Shown here piece after piece: positions 36,363-44,056 of a stretch of 44,056 nucleotides of DNA (positions are counted from its first letter, which is position 1; the number at the start of each line of letters is the position of its first letter). The position numbers and the translations under genes are program-made. The DNA lies in assembly GCA_035559635.1 (NCBI GenBank), contig DATMBA010000428.1, positions 1-44,056 on the forward strand, read 5' to 3'. The stretch comes from Roseiflexaceae bacterium. GTDB lineage: Bacteria; Chloroflexota; Chloroflexia; Chloroflexales; Roseiflexaceae. Below the pieces are notes generated by a model. It was given only the letters and a program-made list of their open reading frames with translations. It was not told the DNA's origin and ran no database searches.

Positions 36363-37060
36363 GGACGCAGCGACCGCGCATCCGACGCCGCCAGAGCGAC
36401 ACGGCTGCGGTCGAGACCACGCCAGAACCCACCGCCACCTTAACCGGCCTGGTGGTGGAGTGGCTGGCCTCCCGCCCGGTGGTCGATCGGATAGCTGCAG
36501 CGCTGTTGCGTTACCCGCGCGTGCTGATGGCCATGGCGGGGGTGCTTGGCGCACTGCTGGTCATCGGGGCGCTGCTGCCGCTGCTCGCCCCAGCTGCGGC
36601 GCCGCGCCCGGCCGCTGGCGTTGCATCGGTGGCCGCGTCTCCCGTCACGCCAACGCCACCTGCCGCGCCCGATGCGCAGCGGGCGGTGCTGGCGGTCATC
36701 ACCAGCTACAACCAGGCGAGTATCTCGGCGGGGCTGCTGATGCGCCCCGATCTGCTGGCCCCCTACCTGGCCCCCGATGGTGAGGCGTGGATGGCGGTGC
36801 AGGCCGAGTACGAGCGGCGGCAGGCCCGCGGCGAGACGGCTGACGCCGCGCTCACGCGCTGGGGCGTGCTGCAGATCCAGGTTGCGGATGACACGGCTAC
36901 GGTGGTGACGCAGGAGCAGTGGGACGTGGTCACGAGCGTGGGCGGCGAGGTGATCAGCAGTCGTCGCGGGGTGCTCACCCGCAACGCCTACCGGCTGCGC
37001 CGCTCGCCGACCGCCGGGTGGCTGATCGTGTCGGTCGAGTCGATGACCCTTGTGGCATGA
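36359..37060 (+). CDS. Bitopic membrane protein with NTF2-like (DUF4101/IMS-like) C-terminal domain; VirB8-analogue candidate
   Basis: TM VLMAMAGVLGALLVIGALLPLL, a Pro/Ala linker, then AVLAVITSYNQASISAG...YLAPDGEAWMAVQAEYERRQARGE...VLQIQVADDTATVVTQEQWDV. Confidence 0.7.
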   Translation: MRTQRPRIRRRQSDTAAVETTPEPTATLTGLVVEWLASRPVVDRIAAALLRYPRVLMAMAGVLGALLVIGALLPLLAPAAAPRPAAGVASVAASPVTPTPPAAPDAQRAVLAVITSYNQASISAGLLMRPDLLAPYLAPDGEAWMAVQAEYERRQARGETADAALTRWGVLQIQVADDTATVVTQEQWDVVTSVGGEVISSRRGVLTRNAYRLRRSPTAGWLIVSVESMTLVA

Positions 37061-39776
37061 GGAAGCATTGCAGCATCGTTTCACACACCGTCTCCTCGCG
37101 ACGCTGGCCCTGACGCTGGCGCTCCTGACCATGCTCCCTGCGCCGCAGGCGTTTGCAGACGCCCCCGGCACGCGTGGGGACGACGATCAGCCCAAAGGCA
37201 GCACGACCCAGCCCGCTGGCGATGCGGCGAACGTGGGTGGCCAGGGGAGCATAGGGGGTGCTACCGGATGGCAGGGGGTGCAGATGCTCCCGCCGCCGTC
37301 CGCGTCCCTTGCCCCAATCGGCGCGCCGACCCGCTACGCCCCGCTCGCGCAGGACGCAGGTAGTGACCGCAGCCTCCCCTGGCTCAGCCGGGAGCTGAAC
37401 CCCGGCAACTGGATTCTCGACGCTGGCATGGGCATCTTCACGGGCCTGGTGGCCGCCGGCGGCGAGATGCTGCAGCACCTGGTCGCCTCCACGCTGGGTG
37501 GCGGGGATAGCTCCGCGGCCAAGAGCATGGGGCCGCCCACGTCCGACCAGTGGTCGGTCATCCCTTCGAGCTGCGCCGACGGGGCGGCGCAAAACTTCGT
37601 CTTCTGCACCCCGCCAAGCCTGACCTACCAGCACCCGGGCATCAAGAACGTCTGGGGCGTGCTGCGCGCCGTCGCCACGGCCCTCGTCACGGTGCTGTTC
37701 CTGGTGCGGATCGGCCGGATGATCGGCGAGGGGCCGCGGGCGCTGGCGCAGGAGGGCAAGCCGCTCGTGATGACCTTCGTATTCGTGATGCTGTTCGTCC
37801 AGTCCACGGAGTACACCTGCGGCTTCCTCATCGACCTCTTCAACGCCATCAGCAGCAGCATCCTGGCCAACGCGAGCTTCTCCTTCCCCGCGGTGAGCGA
37901 CACGCCGTTTGAGTTCGGGGCGCGGTTCATGGGCGCCTTCTTCTGGCTCCTGATGCTCTTCCTGATGCTCAAGAGCTTCTTCCGCATCGTCAACATCGCC
38001 GTGCTCATCGGTGTGGCGCCGCTCGCGGGCGCGCTGCTGATGGACAAGGCGACGTCGAGCCGCTTCCGCTCGTGGCTGGACAAGCTGATCGAGTCGCTGC
38101 TGGAGCAGATCGCGGTCATCATCGTCTTCACAGTCGCGACGGCGATGCTCGCGCCGATCCAGGGCGCGGGCGGCGGCGACATGATGGTGCAGTTTCTCAT
38201 GGGCTCGGCGACGATGGTGATGGCGCTGTTCGGGCCGAGCGCGATGATCGGCATCGCCAGCAACGTCAGCGGCGGCTACCTGGCCTCAATGCTCCAGATG
38301 CGGATGATCGGCGGGGCGCAGAAGGTGGCGAAGGCCGGAGCTGTGGCGGGCACCGCGGCGGCGATCGCCGGCGTGCGTGCGGCGTCCAGCGCCATCCGGG
38401 CCCAGGGCGGCGACCCGACCCTCAGCGCGGCCGCCAAGCGTATGGCGGACACGGTGGGGCTGCGCGTCGGCAAGGACGACGCAGGTCGCCAGAACCACGT
38501 CGCGTTCCGTATGCCCGAGATCGAGACCTCCCGTGGTGGCAGGGAGAACGCCACGCTGGCGCGCTACGAGCGCGCCCGCCAGGTCGGGGGCGAGGACGCC
38601 ATGCGGCAGCGGGCCGGGATCCGGGCGCGGGCCATGCTCGCGCAGGCCGATGGCCTCTCGCGCGCCGGCCATCACGACGCGGCGAACCGGATGCGTGGCC
38701 GGGCTGGACTCCAGCGGGCGTTCGCCAACGGCCAGGACATCAGCCGCACACCGCGCTGGGGGACCGGCCGCCGCGACCTGGCCACCGGCCGGTTGGCCGT
38801 CTCCGCGCGCGGGGCGGAGCGCCGCGCGATCTACGCCCACGCGCTCGAGGAGACGAAAGCCCGGCACCTCGCCGAGCAGGGCACGCTCAAGGACTCCATC
38901 GCCGCCGATCAGAAGATCCTGGCGGCCGAGGCACAGCCGGGGACCGAGGCGGACCGCCGCGCCGCGGCCGAGCGCGTGCGCGCGAACCAGGCCCGTCTCG
39001 CGTCCCTGACCCAGACGAAGGACGGCGCGGGGAACAAGCTGAGCGTGGCGCCCATCACCCGCCGCGAGGCTGCGGCGCTGGCCAAGGAGCGCTGGGCGCA
39101 GCGCGAGGCCGCACGCCCAGCGCGCTCCTCGATCACCACGCGCCGCTCTCCCGCACAGACGGCCGCTGGGGGGCGGCCCACACTGCGTCGCGTACCGCGC
39201 TCCACGACCACGCGTCCGGCGCTGACGCGAGGGGGCGCGGGCGGGGGTAGCCCACAGGTGGCATCGGCCCGCGCCCAGCGGAACGGCAGCGGCTCAGCTA
39301 TGCCCCTCAGCACCGGGGTGGCGCGTATCCAGGCGCGGGCGGGTGCGGTCGCCGCCCACCACCAGCAGCGCGCAACTGACGCCGCCGCGCGCATGCGTGC
39401 GCTGGGGCAGCAGGCGCGCGCAGTCGAGCCGACGGACGCTGCCGGCGCCGCCGAGCTTCGCCGGCAGATGTTCGAGGTGCGGCGACAGATGCGGCGGCAC
39501 GAGGCGCTGCGCTCCCGAGCGGCCGGCATCGCTGGCGACGCCTCCTGGCAGCGCCCGTCGTCGGGACGCACGCCCGACGAGTTGGCCCGCCGCCGCGAGG
39601 CGTTCAAGGCCATCCGGTCGGAGGTCCGCGACATCGCCGCGCGCGGCAACCTGCTCCCCGAGACGGCCGCAACGCCGGAGGAGCGGGCGCGCCGGGCCGA
39701 GTTGATGCGGCAGTCGATACGCCACCTGGCGCACGAGCGGCTGGGCGACCTCGCCGAGCCGACCAAGCGGTCGTAG
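37050..39776 (+). CDS. VirB6/TrbL-like polytopic membrane protein with long basic low-complexity C-terminal tail
   Basis: Signal-like N-terminus LLATLALTLALLTMLPAPQAFA. Six or more TM segments (e.g. FFWLLMLFLMLKSFFRIVNIAVLIGVAPLAGALL). The tail from about residue 440 is Arg/Ala-rich. Confidence 0.7.
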   Translation: MWHEEALQHRFTHRLLATLALTLALLTMLPAPQAFADAPGTRGDDDQPKGSTTQPAGDAANVGGQGSIGGATGWQGVQMLPPPSASLAPIGAPTRYAPLAQDAGSDRSLPWLSRELNPGNWILDAGMGIFTGLVAAGGEMLQHLVASTLGGGDSSAAKSMGPPTSDQWSVIPSSCADGAAQNFVFCTPPSLTYQHPGIKNVWGVLRAVATALVTVLFLVRIGRMIGEGPRALAQEGKPLVMTFVFVMLFVQSTEYTCGFLIDLFNAISSSILANASFSFPAVSDTPFEFGARFMGAFFWLLMLFLMLKSFFRIVNIAVLIGVAPLAGALLMDKATSSRFRSWLDKLIESLLEQIAVIIVFTVATAMLAPIQGAGGGDMMVQFLMGSATMVMALFGPSAMIGIASNVSGGYLASMLQMRMIGGAQKVAKAGAVAGTAAAIAGVRAASSAIRAQGGDPTLSAAAKRMADTVGLRVGKDDAGRQNHVAFRMPEIETSRGGRENATLARYERARQVGGEDAMRQRAGIRARAMLAQADGLSRAGHHDAANRMRGRAGLQRAFANGQDISRTPRWGTGRRDLATGRLAVSARGAERRAIYAHALEETKARHLAEQGTLKDSIAADQKILAAEAQPGTEADRRAAAERVRANQARLASLTQTKDGAGNKLSVAPITRREAAALAKERWAQREAARPARSSITTRRSPAQTAAGGRPTLRRVPRSTTTRPALTRGGAGGGSPQVASARAQRNGSGSAMPLSTGVARIQARAGAVAAHHQQRATDAAARMRALGQQARAVEPTDAAGAAELRRQMFEVRRQMRRHEALRSRAAGIAGDASWQRPSSGRTPDELARRREAFKAIRSEVRDIAARGNLLPETAATPEERARRAELMRQSIRHLAHERLGDLAEPTKRS

Positions 39777-39779
39777 GCC

Positions 39780-42700
39780 ATGAGCGAGGAGCGCCAGCCA
39801 GCAACGGACCGTGCTGCACAGGCCGCAGCACGGGCTGCCGCGCAGCACGCGGCGCGCCAGGTGAGCGAGCACGTCGCGCGCAGCGCGATGTCGCGGCTCG
39901 CCAGCACGGCCGCGGCGCGCGGTCTCTCAGCCCTGCTGTTCAAGGCAGGCGGTGTGGCCGGCGCGAAGGTGATCGCCATCGGCGCGATCATTGCCGTGGT
40001 GATGGTGCTGGTGGTCGGCCTGATCTTCCTCATCCTCAGCGCCATCGGCGCGGGGTTTCAGGCCACGACGGCGGTGTGGCCGGTGCCTGCCGATGTGCGT
40101 GAGGACGGCACCTACCGGGCGGGGGGGTGGGCGATCTCCAGCCGGTTCGGCTGGCGCACCGGCCCCTTCACACAGCAGGCCGAGTTTCACGACGGGATCG
40201 ACATCGTGAACCCGAGTGGCGGCTGCCCGTTCGGCCACCGCTGTGCGCTGCCCGCAATGTTCGACGGCGTGGTGGAGTACGTCGGCTGGGACCAGACCGG
40301 CACGGGCGACCCAGCCACGATGGGCGGCGGGCAGATCGTCATCGTCGAGAACGGGCAGGAGGACCACAAGACGCTCTACGCGCACCTGGAGCCCTACCGG
40401 CTGCACGTCCAACTCCAGGGCAAGATCGAGGACGACTACGGGCGCTACGACGACTTCGCCGGCTACCAGGCCATCGGGCAGGGCGATCTCACGCCCGACC
40501 TGGACAACGGCGGGATCGAGATGTGGTGCGCGCTGGAGATGCCAGGCTTCCGCCCGACCCGGACCGGCCCCGGCACCGTCACCTTCGAGTACGACCGGCC
40601 GGCGCAGTGCCGCACCTCCGTGGTGTGGGGCCAGAAGGGCGACGGCTGGGAGGGCTGGACGGCTGACGACCCGCCCGCCGACGCGAAGGGCCGCGCGACA
40701 CTCGCCTGGCAGACTCCTGTCGAGACCGGGAAGCGAGCCGGGGACGTGGCGCTGCGCTTCCGCGCCCACCTCGTGCCGCCCCCGCCGCCGCCCACCAACG
40801 TCCCCACGCCGGGCGTGGGTGTGCCGGGCGACGGCGCGACGGACCCCGGCTCACCCGGCGACCAGGGCAATGGGCCACAGGGCCGCGCGCCGCCCACTGG
40901 CGGGCGGGGCGGAGTCGCGCACGGCTGGAACCAGCGCGCGCCCGGCGCAGCGCACACCGGGCAGCCCGCGCGTTGCGAGCGCCAGACTAACGGCGTGCGC
41001 TGTGTGTGGCGGATCGCGGACATCCCGACCGCGGCCGAGCGCGCGGCGCAGGCAGCGCCGGCTGCGACGCCGGTGGCAGAAGCGGGGGGCGTCACGTCGC
41101 GCGACGTGGCGTTCCAGCAGGCGCTGACGCCGACCAGCACGGTCGTGTCCGCCTCGCCGACGCCGGCGGCGACCCGCACCCCGGTCCTGATGCTTGCCTC
41201 CACGGCCTCGCGCACGAGCCTGCCGACCGGCGGGCGCTTCAGCGTCTCGGTCTCAGTCTACAACGATGGGAGTGGGACGGCGACCCCGGTCACGGTCAGC
41301 GGCGAGGGGGCGCTGACCGTGCTGGGGGCAACCGCGTCGAATGGGACGTGTACGGCCGGCGGCGCATCGGCGAGCTGCACCGTCAGCGCGGGCGCGGGCA
41401 TGCCGGCGACGATCACGGTCTCCTTCGAGGTGCTCCCCGGCAACCCGGCGTATGCTCGGCTCGCGATCACGGGGCAGGCGACAGCGGGGGCGCGGCACGC
41501 GCAGACGCGGGTGTTCATCGAGGTGGCGCCGTACGCGGTGACGCCGGGGCCCTGGCCACCGCCGCCCCCGCCCCCGCCCCCGACCTGGACGCCGTTCCCG
41601 ACGAGCGAGCCGGTGTGGCCCACGATCGACCCGAACGCGACGCCGCTCCCCAACGCCACGCCGACGCCGATCCCGCCGGGCGAGGGGCCGGGCAGCAGAC
41701 CAGTGAGCTGCGCGCCGCAGGCGCTGGTGCAGCTGCCGAACGTGGTCAACGCCTACGGGCGCACCGATACCACGCGGCTGATCAGCCCGGCCGCCGCCGC
41801 CTTTCAGGAGGCGCGGATGGAGATCATCGGGATGACCGGCCAGGACCCGCTCGCGCGGCTGGCGGACGCCCTGCGCGCCCCGGAGTTTCGCACCGACAAG
41901 CCGGGCGTCGCCCGCATGTCGTGGCATATGACCGGGCGGGCCATCGACCTGAACACCGGCTATCCATGGCGCCGGGTGCCGGAGGGCCGCTACTGGCGGC
42001 TCTACCTGGGCGCGGTGGACGCGACGGCGATCTTCGCCCGGCACGGCTTCACGCGCATCCCCGATCGCTCGGACTCCACAGAGTGGTGGCACTACGAGTA
42101 CCGCGTGGACGGCATCTCGTGGGCGAGCGCGATGCTGCAGGTCTACCCCACCCAGCGCCTGATCGCCGCGTTCCCCGACGTCGCCTGGGCGAGCATCGGC
42201 TGCCAGCGCGGCGGCGACGGCGCCGTGATCGCGCCGCTGCCGGGCGACCTGGACATGTGTGTGGCTGGCTCGCCGTCGTTCGGCTCGGCCGTCGAGGAGA
42301 TCTCGGGCTGCGGCCCGCCGGTCCACGCCGGCGACAAGGTCTACACGCTCGACAGCACGCTCGGCTTCGTGGGGATGACTGGGCAGACGACTGGCCCGCA
42401 CCTGCACCTCGGGCTGCAGGTCAAAAGCTACGACGGGATATACCGCCAGACCGACATCTGCACGCCCGAGTGGCTCCAGGGGCTCACGCCCCCGCCCGAC
42501 GCCAACTGCTGGACGGAGATGGCCGACCCGGAGGCGTTCCTGCCGCACGCTCCGCCGCCGGAGGCCGTCGCCGGGAGCGAGAAGGCGCTCCCGGGGAGCA
42601 CCCCGACGGCGGTCATTCCCGAAGGAGCGCCCTACCAACTGCCGCCGCCGAACTACCCCGGCTCGCTGCTCGAAGAGCCGGCGCCGAACGCAACGCCCGT

Positions 42701-42821
42701 TGGCCAGTACTGGTCGCCGTTCGAGGACGGCGGGCAGTATGGCGGTGGCGGCGCCCTGGAATGGTTTACCAACACCACCTGTGGGGCCTGGTCCGGCTTC
42801 CCCTGGTGCGCCAATCGCTAG
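39780..42821 (+). CDS. Membrane-anchored multidomain cell-wall hydrolase (M23-like + M15/VanY-like LAS peptidase modules, DUF11-like domain)
   Basis: TM at about residues 60-90. M23 N-terminal motifs SSRFGWRTGPF...FHDGIDI...LYAHL (HxxxD at 40188-40202). Poly-Pro linkers. DUF11-like segment FSVSVSVYNDGSGTATPVTV. M15 motifs SWHMTGRAIDL (41919-41951) and EWWHYEY. M23-type GMTGQTTGPHLHLG (HxH at 42399-42407). Confidence 0.85.
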   Translation: MSEERQPATDRAAQAAARAAAQHAARQVSEHVARSAMSRLASTAAARGLSALLFKAGGVAGAKVIAIGAIIAVVMVLVVGLIFLILSAIGAGFQATTAVWPVPADVREDGTYRAGGWAISSRFGWRTGPFTQQAEFHDGIDIVNPSGGCPFGHRCALPAMFDGVVEYVGWDQTGTGDPATMGGGQIVIVENGQEDHKTLYAHLEPYRLHVQLQGKIEDDYGRYDDFAGYQAIGQGDLTPDLDNGGIEMWCALEMPGFRPTRTGPGTVTFEYDRPAQCRTSVVWGQKGDGWEGWTADDPPADAKGRATLAWQTPVETGKRAGDVALRFRAHLVPPPPPPTNVPTPGVGVPGDGATDPGSPGDQGNGPQGRAPPTGGRGGVAHGWNQRAPGAAHTGQPARCERQTNGVRCVWRIADIPTAAERAAQAAPAATPVAEAGGVTSRDVAFQQALTPTSTVVSASPTPAATRTPVLMLASTASRTSLPTGGRFSVSVSVYNDGSGTATPVTVSGEGALTVLGATASNGTCTAGGASASCTVSAGAGMPATITVSFEVLPGNPAYARLAITGQATAGARHAQTRVFIEVAPYAVTPGPWPPPPPPPPPTWTPFPTSEPVWPTIDPNATPLPNATPTPIPPGEGPGSRPVSCAPQALVQLPNVVNAYGRTDTTRLISPAAAAFQEARMEIIGMTGQDPLARLADALRAPEFRTDKPGVARMSWHMTGRAIDLNTGYPWRRVPEGRYWRLYLGAVDATAIFARHGFTRIPDRSDSTEWWHYEYRVDGISWASAMLQVYPTQRLIAAFPDVAWASIGCQRGGDGAVIAPLPGDLDMCVAGSPSFGSAVEEISGCGPPVHAGDKVYTLDSTLGFVGMTGQTTGPHLHLGLQVKSYDGIYRQTDICTPEWLQGLTPPPDANCWTEMADPEAFLPHAPPPEAVAGSEKALPGSTPTAVIPEGAPYQLPPPNYPGSLLEEPAPNATPVGQYWSPFEDGGQYGGGGALEWFTNTTCGAWSGFPWCANR

Positions 42822-42884
42822 TTTCGCACCGCACGGTGCATCGCCGCTACGTCGTCGCAGGACATCGAAGGAGACACTACCGCC

Positions 42885-43193
42885 ATGCACGCCCTCACCC
42901 TTATCGCCAACATGCTGCCGCACGTCGATCTTGCCAGCAGCCTCCCGCTGTTCCACGTGTTCGCCGGCCCGCCGATCAACCCGGACAAGATGATCATCGA
43001 GATCGCCGACTGGCTGGTTAAGATCCTGGCGGCGGTCGGCTTCCTGTTCCTGATCATCGACCTGTTCAAGCACGTCGTCTCGTCGCCGCGCGACCTGGGC
43101 GCGGCTGGCAAGGACATCTTCGTGATGTGCATCCTGCTGGCCGTCGCAGCGAGGGCGCAGGACATCGTCACCTGGGCGCAGGGCCTGCTGTAG
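42885..43193 (+). CDS. VirB2/TrbC-like small membrane protein (pilin-like candidate)
   Basis: ATG lies after AAGGAGA. 102 aa with two hydrophobic helices (ILAAVGFLFLIIDLF; IFVMCILLAVAA) after a leader-like N-terminus. Confidence 0.5.
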   Translation: MHALTLIANMLPHVDLASSLPLFHVFAGPPINPDKMIIEIADWLVKILAAVGFLFLIIDLFKHVVSSPRDLGAAGKDIFVMCILLAVAARAQDIVTWAQGLL

Positions 43194-43204
43194 CGGAGGC
43201 CCCG

Positions 43205-43576
43205 ATGCTGCAGGCATACATCCCCCGCAACCTGCGCGTTCGCGCGTCGGTCCAGATCGCCAGCCAGCGTGTCCCGGCCAAGGGGTTCATCCTGGTCGCT
43301 GGCGTCGTGTTCATCGGTGGCATGCTGGTCGTCTTCGGCACGGATCTGGAGCGGGTCGTGTGGGTGGTCGGGATCATCGTGGCCATCGGCCTGATCGTCA
43401 TCGAGGGGCGGCTGTGGGGCCGCTCCTCGCAGGAGATCGCGCGGATCGTGATGCGGCACTACCGTCGCTCGCGCCGCCTCCGACGCGCGCCCATCACCCT
43501 CACGCTGCCTCCTGAGGCTGCCAGCACGAGCGTCGCCGCCCGCCGGCCGCGCTGGATGGAAGAAGGTTCATCATGA
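43205..43576 (+). CDS. PrgI/VirB3-like small membrane protein
   Basis: ATG 43205 lies after GGAGG (internal start of ORF 43127..43576). The N-terminus YIPRNLRVRASVQI...KGFILVAG is followed by two TM helices, and the gene sits directly before a VirB4-like gene. This is the typical PrgI layout. Confidence 0.55.
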   Translation: MLQAYIPRNLRVRASVQIASQRVPAKGFILVAGVVFIGGMLVVFGTDLERVVWVVGIIVAIGLIVIEGRLWGRSSQEIARIVMRHYRRSRRLRRAPITLTLPPEAASTSVAARRPRWMEEGSS

Positions 43577-44056
43577 GCGATGTCGAGCTGCGCAGGCTGT
43601 TCCCAACGCAGATTATCCGGGGGGCGCTGCTGCGGCCGGATGGGGGAGCAGTGGGCCTGGTGACGGGCGGGGCGCCGGCCTGGGATCTCCTGGCCCTGGA
43701 GGCGCGCGACCAGGCCGGGGCCGACTACCACCGTCTGCTGCTCGCCCTGGACACCCCGGTGGATGTCTACGTGGTGGATCACCCCCCGGACCTCACCGGG
43801 GAGATCGCGACGCTTCACGAGCGGCAGCGCCGGGCCACGCACCCGCTGATGGCCGACGTGCTTGACGAGATCGCCGGCTACCTGGCCGAGCTGGCCCAGC
43901 AGACCGGGAGCCGCGCCAAGCAGGTGGTCTGGACGGTGACGGCGGGTGGCAGCGCGGCCGCGACGGCGGCCCGCGGCGTCGGCGGGCTTGATCTGACGGC
44001 GCTGCTCCAGCGCGGCGGCCCCGTGAAGGCGACCGGCCCTTCGCCGGCCGGGCGCG
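43573..44056 (+). CDS. VirB4-like conjugation ATPase, N-terminal fragment (continues beyond window)
   Basis: ATGA overlap at 43573. The frame stays open to the window edge, so it is absent from the ORF track. GLVTGGAPAWDLLALEARDQAGADYHRLLLALDTPVDVYVV matches the N-terminal pattern of monoderm VirB4/TrsE proteins. The Walker motifs would lie downstream, outside the window. Confidence 0.5.
   Translation, partial: MSDVELRRLFPTQIIRGALLRPDGGAVGLVTGGAPAWDLLALEARDQAGADYHRLLLALDTPVDVYVVDHPPDLTGEIATLHERQRRATHPLMADVLDEIAGYLAELAQQTGSRAKQVVWTVTAGGSAAATAARGVGGLDLTALLQRGGPVKATGPSPAGR

Larger units (their letters stand above)
13665..44056. mobile_element. Integrated conjugative-type element; left junction abuts tRNA-Sec, right end not seen in window
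   Basis: A serine recombinase gene sits directly at the tRNA junction. A lower-GC patch CCCTACAAATTCACGAAATAGCAGATTTGCC lies at 13668-13698. Phage-like regulators, an IS, and Tad-like plus T4SS-like genes fill the rest. I saw no second copy of the tRNA 3' end in the window. Confidence 0.7.

Overview
This is a visibly GC-rich bacterial window; I did not compute the GC value. Gene content and repeat style suggest a Chloroflexota-like monoderm, but that taxonomic call is inference only. All domain calls come from motif recognition by eye, with no searches run.

Positions 1-13.5 kb look chromosomal. They carry an edge-truncated HExxH metallopeptidase lipoprotein (missing from the ORF track), two small membrane proteins and Lon protease. 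These are followed by an SH3b membrane protein, an extended-SDR sugar-nucleotide epimerase/reductase and a signalling cassette. The cassette is a Ser/Thr kinase with PQQ beta-propeller, a PP2C phosphatase, a vWA protein, a zinc-ribbon FHA protein and a small conserved ORF.

A tRNA-Sec gene (13571-13664) with a consensus promoter marks the left junction of an integrated element of more than 30 kb that runs off the right edge. The element opens with an operon of XRE regulator, small ORF and large serine recombinase. Next comes a roughly 930-bp untranslated control region rich in palindromes, then a phage-like antirepressor/XRE module and small cargo ORFs. A decayed, lower-GC ISAs1-family insertion sequence follows.

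From 23.6 kb to the edge there is one long co-directional, translationally coupled gene array. It joins a Tad-like pilus/secretion module to a monoderm-type T4SS module. The Tad-like part has two TadE/G-like proteins, CpaB, CpaF, CpaE/TadZ, a second long CpaF/VirB11-like ATPase, TadB and TadC, with an embedded ECF sigma factor. The T4SS part has an NTF2-like membrane protein, a VirB6/TrbL-like protein, an M23+M15 cell-wall hydrolase, VirB2-like and PrgI/VirB3-like proteins, and the start of a VirB4-like gene. This fused architecture on a selC-adjacent serine-recombinase element is the main candidate for an undescribed system.

The window also contains a family of heptanucleotide tandem arrays arranged as inverted pairs (one sits in-frame inside lon), a MITE-like element with a 10-bp target duplication, and several strong hairpins. 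Most long ORFs antisense to the called genes are GC-driven shadow ORFs.
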